Origin: Octopus vulgaris | Lineage: Eukaryota | Reading direction: 5' to 3' | NCBI GenBank assembly: GCA_951406725.2 | Contig: OX597827.1 | Location: 8,060,001 to 8,124,000, forward strand | DNA length: 64,000 nucleotides | Shown here: one piece after another, positions 1-13,340 of the stretch | How the letters are laid out: every line of letters starts with the position of its first letter | How positions within the stretch are numbered: the first letter of the stretch is position 1 | The notes under the pieces: generated by a model | Seen by the model: only the letters and a program-made list of their open reading frames with translations | The model's database searches: none | What the model was told of the DNA's origin: nothing | Made by a program: the position numbers and the translations under genes

Positions 1-80
1 CCAAAAAATAACGCACTCTAAGTTATAGAGCACTATATTATATAAATTATATATACACATACAGATATATATATATATAT

Positions 81-483
81 ACTCTTTTACTCTTTTACTT
101 GTTTCAGTCATTTGACAGCGGCCATGCTGGAGCACCGCCTTTAGTCGAGCAAATCGACCCCGGGACTTATTCTTTGTAAGCCCAGTACTTATTCTATCGG
201 TCTCTTTTTGCCGAACCGCTAAGTGACGGGGGACGTAAACACACCAGCATCGGTTGTCAAGCAATGCTAGGGGGGACAAACACAGACACACAAACACATA
301 CACACACATATACATTTATACGACAGGCTTCTTTCAGTTTCCGTCTACCAAATCCACTCACAAGGCATTGGTCGGCCCGGGGATATAGCAGAAGACACTT
401 GCCCAAGATGCCATGCAGTGGGACTGAACCCGGAACCGTGTGGCTGGTTAGCAAGCTACTTACCACACAGCCACTCCAGCGCC
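81..483 (-). mobile_element. SINE family A, full length
   Basis: tRNA-like head (TGGCTGTGTGGTAAG...GGTTCAGTCCC), internal TA/TG microsatellite, (GAGTAAAA)n tail; highly similar to copies at 6588, 18778, 20421, 22244, 37418. Confidence 0.9.
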
Positions 484-696
484 TATAGGTATATTGTCAT
501 GTCAAGAGTTAGTTAGATTGGTGAGTAAGTAATTTCTATATGAGGTGCCACATAACAAATGATTAGAATGTAAAATCTTATTCAATTCAAAGAGCCAACA
601 TATGCTGAAAAATAAGCAAGATATCCTGACATTTTTATAATTTTGAGATGATTTATTACTAAAGCAGTTTAGCCTACTCACCTATGTTTTGCATTT

Positions 697-761
697 TTAT
701 ATATATTTGTTAGATGATTGATGAATGTTCTTAAAACTTCTTCTGTTCAGATATATTTTAC
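697..761 (-). CDS. Candidate terminal coding exon of the protocadherin (GKIYLNRRSFKNIHQSSNKYI*)
   Basis: ACTAAACAG| acceptor gives a phase-1 entry matching the donor at 2664. The frame is open to TAA at 699-697 and followed 15 nt later by AG|GTGAGT (682/681). Polypyrimidine tract is weak. Confidence 0.4.
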
Positions 762-1679
762 CTGTTTAGTAATGATGATTAAATGTAAAAATTTAGTTGA
801 TGGAGATGACAAAAATTCATTTAAAACTAAATATACAACTGTTAAAATATTTTGTTTATCTAATTTTGAAATTTGAATTTACAATTTTGGTACAGAGAAT
901 GAAAAAATATGTATATGATAAAAACTCCATATTTATATTTAAGCAATAATATTGATGCAGAAATAACAGTTCTATGAAAAAAAAAAAAAAAAAATCACAG
1001 TAGTGAGCACAGTTTCAGAATTATTTTTCAAACAGAAGTACATGGCCTGAATGGGACTAGCAAAGTAATATATTTTAATTTAAATATTTTAAAGAAAATT
1101 ATTATACAATTGCTACAGTATTTACATACTGGATATTTCCTACATATTAATGTAGCTACAGAATGAGGAATTAATATTTTATTGTGAATTTCTGAATATG
1201 AAACTTTTAGTTTTAGTTTAAACACAAATCATTGTTGTTTGATCTATAATCTATATAGTTGCCTTATAGTTTATATTTGTCACTTATTATTCGGATTTGG
1301 TTTATTTTATTATCTGAAAATGTGTTCTGTTTATTGAATAGTGCTTAATGTAATAGCAACAAAATAAAAATAACCATCATAATGTACGTTATTTGTATAT
1401 TTTGTATTAACTTAATTATGGAGTAAAGTTAAATTTTAGATGATATAAACTAAATTCCAGAATATATCTTTTAACTGTGTTTTTTTTTTTCATTCAAATA
1501 TTTCCCATTTTCATATGAGTCAAATAACAAAAAAATATAATAACAATAATAAAAGAATAAAAAAAGCAATAGTAAAGAACTGAGATATAGAAAGCATGCA
1601 AACAAAAGGAGAATACAAAAAGGAAAATACATGATATATAAAATATAATTCACAATTACCAGTATGAAGATTGATGTTT

Positions 1680-1685
1680 ACATAT

Positions 1686-1757
<72 letters not shown>

Positions 1758-2024
1758 GTATGTGTATATATGTGTGTATATATATGTGTATATATATATA
1801 TGTATATATATGCATATATGTATATATACATGTATATATATATATATGTACATATGCACATATATATATGTATATATATACATATATATATATCCATGTA
1901 TATATATGTATACATATGTATGCATATATATATATATATACATATGTAAATATATATATATATATATACGCATATAAATATGCATACATATATATACATA
2001 TATATACTTGCATATATATATGTG

Positions 2025-2060
<36 letters not shown>

Positions 2061-2180
2061 CATATATGCATATATATGCATACATATACATAAGTGTATG
2101 TATATATATATATATATATATAAATATATATATATGTGTGTGTTTGTGTGCATGTGTGTGTGTATATGTATGCATGCATA
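1680..2180. repeat. (TA)n/(TACA)n compound microsatellite (representative)
   Basis: Directly visible. Similar tracts at ~5290-5650, 13045-13335, 18010-18270, 26835-27300, 27900-28080, 46680-47015 (GATA), 53965-54380, 63860-64000. Confidence 0.95.
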
Positions 2181-2236
2181 TGTTTGTAATTAGGTAGGTA
2201 TAAGCATCATGGATCAAAATATAGAAGTATATTTAA

Positions 2237-2460
2237 CCCTTCAGCTGCTCCTCATATAAGTAAATGCTTAAAAATCTTGATTTATGACATGAAAGCTAGA
2301 AATGTCTATTTGAATTCCTTATACCTCAAGAAACTGGTTGCTCTGTAAATGAATGTAACAATTAATTGTAATTAACCAATTATAAAGCAGATCTAAAATG
2401 CCAGTTTTCAACATGCATAGAACACACTTTTTTCTCTATATTTTGTTTGCAACCAAAGGG
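2237..2460. mobile_element. piggyBac-type MITE (TTAA TSD)
   Basis: TTAA|CCCTT ... AAGGG|TTAA, ~224 bp; TIR is short. Confidence 0.5.
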
Positions 2461-2663
2461 TTAAAAGGAATTTCTTTTATAAGAATATTCCCATGTAAAT
2501 AGCAAAAGCAGGCAAACAAATTCAATTTGCAGAAAGCTTTCATATTCTTTCTCAAAATAAAAGTAAATATAAATTCAGATTTAACTCTCTCTCCCCTAGC
2601 AAGAATTACCTAAGAACAATGCTATTAAATAATTAAATATAATCAATATTTCTGAGTACATAC

Positions 2664-2822
2664 CATGTAGATCTTTATAGTTTTCAGAATTTCCCTTGCT
2701 CAAGCCACGTCCACTATCAGCACAAGATATTGTAGACATCTCACTGTAATGGTAAGGGGCATTAACTGTAGTTTCTTTATTTTTCTCACTACAAGATGTC
2801 CCAGCAGTCTTTGAACATATGT
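2664..2822 (-). CDS. Pcdh: Protocadherin cytoplasmic exon (SEMSTISCADSGRG)
   Basis: Same strand as and downstream of the large exon. Encodes a DSGRG motif like the DSGxG cytoplasmic motif of delta-type protocadherins. Acceptor CATTTCTGCTGTATACAG| (exon start 2822) or AAG| (start 2808); donor CATG|GTATGT at 2664/2663 (phase 1). Confidence 0.8.
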
Positions 2823-4608
2823 CTGTATACAGCAGAAATGAGTTTACAGAGATACCTTCAAATTCTCCCATTCCAACATATTTTCATTTTTGTCTTTTTT
2901 TTATTTGATTATTTTCTCTTACATGCTTGTGTTTTTTTTTTATTGTTTAAGTTTAAATGTGTGTTTATTATTTCCAAATACATTAGATTATAAGCTCCAC
3001 ATTTGAATTATATATTTCTGTGTAAACAGACAGTCACATTCTATTCAATATATTAAGAAATCTACATCAAATTAAAATCATATTTTAATCAGATGTTTTA
3101 CCTTTACAATGAATTTGTGACAGCCTAAGGTAAATTTGGACTTGACAGACCATGAAACTATTTTCTTAATGTGTAACATCTTCATCAGAACAACATGCAT
3201 AACTTACTGTAATAAACCTTTCTACTGGAATCTGTGGTGGGGTGTATTAGTCGATTACATCGACCCCAGTCCTTGACTGGTACTTATTTTATCGACCCTG
3301 AAAGGATGAAAGGCAAAGTTGACCCCTGCGGAATTTGAACTCAGAACATAAAGACAGATGAAATGCTTTTAAGCATTTAGCCTGACATGGTAATGATTCT
3401 GCCAGCTTGCCACTGTTAAAGCTTACTGTAATAATACAGATCATAATTTGATCATTGTCACTGCAAAGCTCAAACCAGAGCTTTACAAGACAGAAATTTT
3501 GCTTAACTGCTGCTGAGGTGTGTGGTACTGTTTGGGTCAAATCAAAATATGAAAATGCACAATGCATTTTCATTAATGGGTCAAAAAGATTTATGCTGTT
3601 GTTGATGATAAATGAGATAAAGTTTAGCCAAACTGATCATAGTCTATTCAATGTCATAACACCAGACCAATGCTCTTTACTATAGCCAATGCTTGTTTTC
3701 TTGTTTATTTTTGATAGATATTTAATATTTTTACAATCATATTTTTTTTCATGCATAAGTACATTAAAAAAACACAACCAATTGAAATGTTACTGCAAAA
3801 ACAACAACAACAACAACAATAACAATAATGATTACAAGAACAACAAGGAAAAATAATTGATATCTAAAACAACTTCTAAAAAACATTTGATATTTCCCAC
3901 CACCTTATTTGACACACAACACAAACTGAAAGATTAACATGTTAACCAAAGATAGTTAAGAATAAATATTATATTTAATGATTAAGATATTTCTGTAAGA
4001 AAAGAAGGTATGAAATATTTTTTACTAGCTTTAAAAATCAAACAACAATAAAAATATGTTAATTCACTGAAACTAAGAAAATTTCACAATACTTGAATAT
4101 TGCTTGCATGGGATGTAAATTTTAGGCTACTTTTAAAACTAATAATGTGTGTGTGGGGGTATGCGTGCATATATTTGTGCATATAAAATTAGTGTAAAGT
4201 TTTGGAATTTTGAGTTTTCTTAGGTTTAATTAGGCAATATTACAATTAAAAGTTTCATTTGACATTCAGTCGCTGTTAGTCACTAATTAGGTCTTGAAAG
4301 ATGACTGCCGAAGTTTTTACAGTAGGAATGTGAATGTGATTGCACACTTGATAACAATATTTTAGCTTCTATTTTATATTAATAATATAAAAATTAATGT
4401 ATGCAATAAATACATATATGTGTATGAATATATATATATGTGTATATGTATCATCATCATCGTCATTTAACGTCCGCTTTCCATGCTAGCATGGGTTGGA
4501 CGGTTTGACTGTGGGCTGGCGAACAAGATATGGCCGCACCAGGCTCCAGTTTTGATCTGGCAGAGTTTCTATGGCTGGATGCCCTATATATTTTTTTTTT
4601 TTTTTTTT

Positions 4609-4652
<44 letters not shown>

Positions 4653-5388
4653 ATATACATAATTGTGTATATATATATATATATATATGTAATAGCATGT
4701 TGTTAATGTCACAATGGTTTAAAGACTTCAGGAACATGAAATAATTCTTCTTAGGAAATGTGAATCTCAAAGCAGATAAACCTTTGAGCAATAGTCCAAA
4801 TATTGGGTCAAAAAACTCTTTTGGCAAAAAAAAGTTACGTGACATATATACATACATATGTATGTATATATATATATATATGTGGGTGCGTGTGTGTGTG
4901 TGTGTTTGTGTCTGTTTGATAATTGGTGTTGGTATGGTTACATGTGTGTAACTAAGCGGTTTGGCAAGAGAGACCGATAGAATAAATACCAGACTTAAAG
5001 AGAATAAATAAATACTGGCATCGATTCATTCAGCGAAAAATTGTTCAAGGTGGTGCCCCAGCCAGTAAATGATAAAAGGTAAAGTATGTGTTTGTGTGTA
5101 TGTATGCATACACACACACACATACATTCTGATAGTTATGCACTGATATCAATGGGTTGAGAAACATACAAAAATTCATTACTTGTAGCATTTCAGGCAT
5201 CAATTTAATTCTTCAAGTAGATAATTTACTTGCACTCATAAATGCAAGGATAATTAGGTGTAAAAAATAGTCAATCATTGTCAAGAAGGATATATGTGTG
5301 TGCATATAAATACACATATTTGTGCGTATACACACATATATGTATATGTATATATATATATATAAATATATATATGTATATATATAGA

Positions 5389-5447
<59 letters not shown>

Positions 5448-5458
5448 ATATATATATA

Positions 5459-5628
<170 letters not shown>

Positions 5629-5749
5629 ATATTCTATATATATATATATGTGTGGAGATGTTCTTGACTGACAAGTGTTTTGATCTGAGATTGTGAGTTG
5701 AAACTAAAAGAAATGCAGCAATTGTTTATTCTACACTGTAGTCATTTTA

Positions 5750-5791
<42 letters not shown>

Positions 5792-6587
5792 TAATTTTCT
5801 ATATATTTAATAAAAGATTTTATTTTCATTTAGCACGTATGTGCCAATTGTATTGGCAAAAAAAACGCATCTACACTATTCATTATTGAAACTTTGCCTC
5901 GTTTAAGACTGATCACTGATCATAGTCGCTAAAAGTTTTACAGCTTCCTTTTGTCTCTTGATCTTTATTATATATTACAACTAACCTCAATCAACATCCA
6001 CCTTACATTTAATATGAAATATCACTGGTATCAATATCGCTATTGAAAGATAATTTTCGCTTTTGTTTTTAATAAAGTTGCTTTAGTTTTATGTAGAGAA
6101 ACTTTTATGGTAAAACAAAGAAACTAACTGGGAAAATTCAAAAAGTAAACTAATATATCTCAGACAACAAAACATTGTTAAGACAGTGAAAGAAGTTGTG
6201 CGTAAAATAATCTAAACTTAGAAAGAGGAGAAACTGGAAGTATGGGAGTGGCAATGTCCAAAACCTAATGACAATGAATAAAAGAAATCCAACACTGACA
6301 GTTTTACATCTACTTAATAATATTGTTGCAGAACAATGGTTAATTCCATGAATAGGTATCGATTAAAATGTTAAAAATTCAGATGATATAATCTTCAATA
6401 TGTATTGGTAGATAGGTAGGTTGGTGTTTCAGTAGGTACAGTCAGGTATTTTTATATATTCACAACTATTGAATTCATTAGCCAATGATGGTGGATCTAA
6501 ATGGTCATTCAACTCATTTGAAATACTAGCCACATTTTTCTCAAATTACTTGCTAGATTTTACTAAAAAAAAATTCAAATTTTATCA

Positions 6588-6997
6588 AGGCGCAGGAGTG
6601 GCTGTGTGGTAAGTAGCTTGCTAACCAACCACATGGTTCCGAGTTCAGTCCCATTGCATGGCATCATGGGCAAGTGTCTTCTGCTATAGCCCTGGGCTGA
6701 CCAATGCCTTGTGAGTGGATTTGGTAGACGGAAACTGAAATAAGTCTGTCGTATATATGCATATATATATTTATGTATGTGTGTGTGTGTGTTTGTGTTT
6801 GTCCCCCCAACATTGCTTGACAACCGATGCTGGTGTGTTTACGTCCCCGTCACTTAGCGGTTCAGCAAAAGAGACCGATAGAATAAGTACTGGGCTTACA
6901 AAAAGAATAAGTCCCTGGGTCGAGTTGCTCGACTAAAGGTGGTGCGCCAGCATGGCCGCAGTCAAATGACTGAAACAAGTAAAAGAGTAAAAGAGAG
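6588..6997 (+). mobile_element. SINE family A, full length
   Basis: GGCGCAGGAGTGGCTGTGTGGTAAG head through CAAGTAAAAGAGTAAAAGAG tail. Confidence 0.9.
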
Positions 6998-7698
6998 AGT
7001 AGTCCTCTAGCAAAGGATAAGAAAATCAGGGCTGGGAAACATTGAATCATAGGTCTGCTAAGTAAGGATTGATATGAGATTAAATAATAGCTATAAAAAT
7101 CTTATTGAATTTCTTAATATTATTGTTGGGTATATAAGAACATCTACTCTTCTCCAGATTTGTTCCTAGAAACTTATAAGAAAAAGCAACAACAACAAGT
7201 AGTGACTGTTAAGAAGGGAATATTTATGCATTTCAACCACGGAGAAGAGTCCCTAATCGTTGTTGATATTGAATATGGGTACTACTTGAAATTTATGCTA
7301 TTTGTATTGGCTTATTGAGCAGCAGTCTATGGCAGATTATATACATTGTGTGAGTGTATCTTTGTATGTATGTCTATACATACATACATACACAAGCATA
7401 CATACACATATATACATATACATATCTATATTAAATATAATATTTATATATATTTTTATAAAATCAGAAAATTCAGAAGTCCAGGATGCTTCAGGTCCCA
7501 AGCTTACAAGATAATTGGCCCTGTACTGTGTGTATATACCGATTGCTAGCCACTAAAGCTTTTTTTATTCTCTGTTTATTTTCTCATGTTCTTTTCTGTT
7601 GAAGTGCGTAGGCTCGAAACATAAAAGACTTTCTCACCTTCCAAAGCGTTAAACTAATACACCTGCCTTTGTTTTTTGTTTTTTTGGGAAATTCCAAC

Positions 7699-7745
<47 letters not shown>

Positions 7746-8192
7746 ATATAAAAGGCAAAGCCACCAAGAATAATTTTGCAAGGTAGAACAAGACTATTTT
7801 CATCCCCAACTCTAGGGGTTTCTTAGAGATGGCGGGGGGGGGGGATCACTGTTAGATATTCATGGACCCTCTGAATTCACTTATTACAGGCACTGAGTAG
7901 ACATATACTCTAAATATATCATTTATTACATTTTCGTATTGTGTTGTATTTGTGATTTTTCAAACCAAGTCAACTGTCGTAAGACCTTGGGTTAGACCAA
8001 GAAGAAAATGGCTAGATAATATCCATAGTCTCAGATGGTCACTCTTTGCAATCCAGCCAGAAAGTGTGAAGATGGATGCATTTGATAGGCCTCTAAGTCT
8101 CAGAACTCTATGTTTAAGATCCACCCAGAAATAGTGGGTAAGGAAAATGGGTGAATGTATGCATATACATACATATATATATATGAACATAA

Positions 8193-8236
<44 letters not shown>

Positions 8237-8478
8237 ATATATATATATATATATGTATGTGTGTATATATATATATATATATAATGCATATGTATGAGTA
8301 TTTATGTATTTATATGTATACATGTAGTTATATATTTATATGTGTATTGCATAGCTCCATGTTGCTACGAATTACTTATTACTCCTGATTTGAAATATAG
8401 GTTTATAAGATGTATGTATGTATGTATGTATGTATGTATGTATGAATGAATGTATGTATGTATTATGTATGTATGTAA

Positions 8479-8579
<101 letters not shown>

Positions 8580-9449
8580 CAGGCAGACAGACAGATAGAT
8601 AGATACTATTGGTATTAATGAACAAAAACATTTCATTTTCATTAGTTCAGTTCTTTTTTTTATCTCGCTGCCTAAATGTTCATTTTGCAATTTGATTTTG
8701 GGAACAAAATGTTTAAATTACAAGTCGTTTTAGACATTAATTGGAAAGTGATATTTTCTTCATGTCTTATGTAAAACTTCTGACTTAAGACAAGAGATGC
8801 TGACAAATCTCTTGTTGACTACAAACGAGTAAAAAAGACAAGAAAGAATAGGAAAGTGGTTGTTCACAACTTTATCCATCACATTTGAGATGTTTTTACT
8901 GAAGCCCAGGTCAATCCTGATCACATAGATCTATGATGAAGGTCGTTCCAATCATGACCATCACATCTTTTTTTACATAGAAGGAACCCAAGACCACATC
9001 ATCCACAGTGTCCTTTTCTAAGATGGTAGGGCACAATTTGAAGGGATTTAGTTGCTATTCCTAACAGGCCAAAAGACTATGTAGAAGCTCCTTCATTGGC
9101 CTATACTATGATAATAGTTTGCAGGATCAGAGAAGTTGGCATTTTTAGGTACAGCTTTTACAGTATCCTACATTTCTGTAAGTCATTTTTAGTTGTACAA
9201 TGAAAGAGAAAAGTTAAAGAATTTAGCAAACTGCAATTCAAAGACTGAAAAAAGTAAAAGAATGAAAGAATAAAAGAGAACAACTAAGTTTGAAATTTGC
9301 AGTTTGAGAGGGGTAACATGAATATTATGAAGACTGATTGTCTTGTAGCAAACTAGAGCTGATATGAGGCAAATCATCTGGGTTTAAGTAGGGAAGAGGT
9401 TTCAAGTGATACCTTTATGATGTCAGAATATATTGCTTCAAACTATTTT

Positions 9450-9783
9450 GTCTTTTGCACTCGGAGACCCCCTTCGGTCACGACACAGACCATGGGATTG
9501 CACCTAGAAAGTTACCCTCCTAGACACAAGTCCGGGCGAGGTTGTTTATGGAAGACCAGCAGTCGCCCATGCATACCAGCCTCCCCTCTCCACGCCACCA
9601 GTGTTATCCAAGGGAAAGACAAAGGCCAATACAGCTTGGCACCAGTGACGTCGCAACTCATTTCTACAGCTGAGTGAACTGGAGCAACGTGAAATAAAGT
9701 GCCTTGCTCAAGAACACAACACGCAGCCCGGTTCGGGATTCGAGCTCACAACCTCACGATCGTAAGCTTGATGCTCTAACCAT
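9450..9783 (-). mobile_element. tRNA-derived SINE family C
   Basis: Minus strand reads TGGTTAGAGCA...GAGCTCGAATCCC then TGTGTTCTTGAGCAAGGCACTTTATTTCACGTTGCTCCAGTTCACTCAGCTGTAGAAATG; heads of the same family in tandem at 61470-61760. Confidence 0.8.
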
Positions 9784-10404
9784 TTTTTACACCTAATTAT
9801 CCTTGCATTTATGAGTGCAAGTAACTTGTTCTCAGAGAATAAATTATCATTTGTAATTTGTGTAAATTTATTTTCAGTTTATCAAGTTTACTTTCTGACT
9901 AATCTTATCTTCAGATACTGGAGGAGGCGATTGCTTTTGTTGTGTGTACCAATTCGTAGTAATTATGGTTAGATATCTAAAGTTAAGTACAACTTGATTT
10001 TGATTATGGTGAAGAGCCTGCATATGTAAAATACTTCAAGATATATCATTTTATTAATTACAATATAATGACTTTAATTTGCTTGGATTAAGTAGTGTTG
10101 CTTTAAGTTTTAATTAAGAAAGATAAAAAGGCAGCACATTTTCATTTGTAAGAATTGCTGATAAATTATTACAGGTTAATTGTTATTATCAATTGCTTAA
10201 AAGTATTCTACACAGAATTGTATATATAGAGAGAGAGTGAGAGAGATAGAGCTGGGGGAGAAAGAGATAGATAGATCGATAGAGATAGAGAGAGAATGGT
10301 GGAAGGAGACACAAACATATGAACAGATCAATATAAATGCTCATATACATATATTTCATACAAATGTACAGGTATATTATTAATTGCATAAGACATTGAC
10401 TTAC

Positions 10405-12834
10405 CTGAAAACTTCCTCCTCGACTGGTAGAACAATACATTCCTGAAAGTGAATTTTTTTTGTATGGTAATGCATACTCAGGATGAGATTGTCTTCCTAA
10501 TCCAGAGGGCAGAGAGCTCCGATTCTTGCTAAAAGATGTTGCCACGGGGACGGGGACATCATACTGAAGTGTCATTTGTTCACTATCATATCCAGGCTGT
10601 CTACTGGCACTCATACTTTTGTTAGCAGTATTTACGTTTGCTCTGTAATTTGTATTTCTCTGGTGGTTTCTCCGTACAATACACACAGTTATCGACACTA
10701 CTGTAGCTACTGATACTATCACAGCTGCCAATAATATAATTATTACAAGATTAATGTGGATTTTATCATCTGATTTGGTATCTGGTGGAGTTAACATTTT
10801 AGATGTCTTATTACTAACTGTAAGCGTCAAGGATAAAGTAGTCACTGTTGATAAAACTGGGATACCACTATCCTTGACTATGAATTTCAAATCATATGAT
10901 CCAGCATCATTTTGGTAAACTGTTCGAGAGAAGGACAATACACCCGTGTAAGGATTAATGGTAAATAACTGCTTATCGTTACCACCTAAAATTTCATATC
11001 TAAGAAAAGCATTCACATGACTGTCCCTGTCTGAGGCTCTCAAAACAGTAATATCTTTTTTACTCTGTGGATGGTAATAAATATCCAAGCTGAAGGGGTT
11101 AACACTAGGAAATGTAAAATAAGGGGCATTGTCATTTTTGTCCATGACTTCAATGATGACATTGGCTGTGTTGTTTAATGACGGTGTTCCATTGTCTTTG
11201 ACAAAAACTTGAAAATGGTATATTTCTTGTTGTTCTCGATCCAGTGATTGTGTTGTTGAAATAAACCCAAAATTAGAAATTTCAAAAGGAAGTACATGCT
11301 TGTTTTTATCTAATAAAGAGTATGATAGTTGCCCTCCTTCCCCAAGGTCTTGATCTGTCACATTAATGAAACCAATAGGGAAGAATGGCTTCTCATTTTC
11401 ATAAGTTAGAAATTTAAACAATTCTTTTGAAAAATGAGGTTGTACATCGTTAATGTCCATTACTTGGATGGAAAAATTTCTTTCCGTTTTCAAAGATGGA
11501 AATCCTTTGTCTTGGCAACTAATTGTAAAATTGATATAACTTTCAGTTTCTCGATCCACTGGATTCTTGACAACAACTTTATATTTCATTTTTCCAAGAC
11601 TCTGCAGCAGAAACTTATCATGTTTAAGGTCACAAGTAACTTCTCCATTCTGTCCGGCATCATTATCTGTTACTTTAACAAAAGCAATAAAACTGCCAAC
11701 TTTAATCCCTTCTGAAAACCTTGCTGTTATTCCTGTTGATTTGGAAACAAATTTAACATCAATCTGTGGTGGATTATTCTGTTGGTTTAGAACATTCACT
11801 AAAACTGTTGCAATGGAGCTCAGGGGTGGACTACCGTTATCTGTAGCTTCAATAAATAATTTGTATAGAAGTTTTTTTCGTTGACCAAATGTTTTTACTA
11901 AAAATATCTCTCCTGTATTTTCATTCAGTGCAAAATTTGATTTAGCTGCATCTGATGTTTTAGAACTGAAATAGTATGAAACTTGGCCATTTTTGCCTGA
12001 GTCTAAATCACTGGCAGACACTTGTGCAACCCGCATATCTTTGTGATAGCCATTATTTACAGAAACATTGTATAAATTCTGAGAGAAGTGAGGTGGGTTG
12101 TCATTGACATCAGTAACTGTAATAAGAACGTTTAAATGACCTTCTTGAGGTGGGGAGCCACCATCTCTGGCAATAACTTTTAACATGTAAGTGTCCTTTT
12201 TTTCTCTGTCTAATTTATTTTCAAGAGTAATTCCAAGTGAAGAGGATCCATCCACTCGTTTTGATTCAGATAAAGTGAATGGATCACCATCATGCTTTTC
12301 TAACTGGTAGGTAATCTGAGAATTTATAACTCCAACGTCCTTGTCAATAGCATTGGGTATTGATTTTATCATTCCTTTTCCATCACCTTCGTCAAATTGA
12401 AGATTGATCTGTTTTTTGGGGAATACAGGTTTATGATCATTAGCATCTTCAATAATTACTTTGATTTCTAATAACTTGATAAAAGATTCTTCCTTTTGAA
12501 CAGCTACATCAACCATTCTGAAACATTCAGTGTTGTATTTACAGAGGGATTCAGCATCTAACTTTTGGCCAGTATACAATTTTCCTGATTTAAAAACTGT
12601 AAATAATTGATTGCTACTGTTTACATCTTGTTCTAACTGGCTGAAGCTGACCAAACCTAATTCTTCAATTAGAACATTGTTTATCAAATGAACATCGGAA
12701 CCAATGTCCCCTACATAAGTGCCTGAGTTTTGACCTTCTTCTACATGATATATAAAGTCCACACAGCAAGACTTATGTAACAAAAACAACACCAGACAGA
12801 CTTGTGTTAACATGCTTCTAAGATGAGTCTTCAT
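10405..12834 (-). CDS. Pcdh: Protocadherin, large ectodomain exon (signal peptide, 6 cadherin repeats, TM, start of cytoplasmic tail)
   Basis: ORF 10189..12906 has a hydrophobic leader (MLTQVCLVLFLLHKSCC), EC1 Cys-X5-Cys (CKYNTEC), cadherin motifs (LDAE, LDRE, DANDHKPVF, DVNDNPPHF, DINDVQPHF, DKNDNAPYF) and a TM (INLVIIILLAAVIVSVATVVSITVCIV). Acceptor TTCTTTTTTCATTTCAG| puts the exon start at 12883. First in-frame ATG is 12834 (second 12813). Consensus donor CAG|GTAAGT at 10405/10404, phase 0. Symbol is family-level only. Confidence 0.95.
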
Positions 12835-13296
12835 CGGCGACCAACAGGCAAAGTTTTGTTTTAAGTTGTAAATTGAAATAATTCTGAAATGAAAAAAGAA
12901 AAACATGACAATTTATAAAGATAATTTGTATTCAAATCACTAATATTAGACATTCAAATGTATTTGAAGTCTTACACACACACACACACCACACACACAC
13001 ATGTATATATTCTTATCAGCTTATCAGCTTATAACATATTTATGTGTGTATGTATGTATGTATGTATGTATGTATGTATGTATGTATGTATGTATGTATG
13101 TATGTATGTATGTATGTATGTATGTATGTATGTATGTGTGTATGTATGTATGTATGTATGTATGTATGTATGTATGTATGTATGTATGTATGTGTGTATG
13201 TATGTATGTATGTATGTATGTATGTAGGTATGTATGTATGTATGGGTGTGTGTGTGTATATATGTATATTATTGCGGTGTACGTACACCTTATTCT

Positions 13297-13340
<44 letters not shown>

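Noticed and set aside
264-488. Recurrent small ORF family (RQASFSFRLPNPLTRHWSARGYSRRHLPK)
   Set aside because: Antisense translation of SINE-A copies, not a gene family.
1520-2217. Many long YI/YV/HT-rich ORFs here and throughout the window
   Set aside because: Translations of TA/TG/TATG/GATA microsatellites; no coding signal.
3102-3124. Microexon to fix the phase conflict (TAG|...AAG|GTAAAA)
   Set aside because: 23 nt, wrong phase, and contains an in-frame TAA.
10189-10404. C-terminal extension of the 905-aa ORF
   Set aside because: Read-through past a perfect GTAAGT donor into low-complexity intron; likewise 12884-12906 is the polypyrimidine tract.
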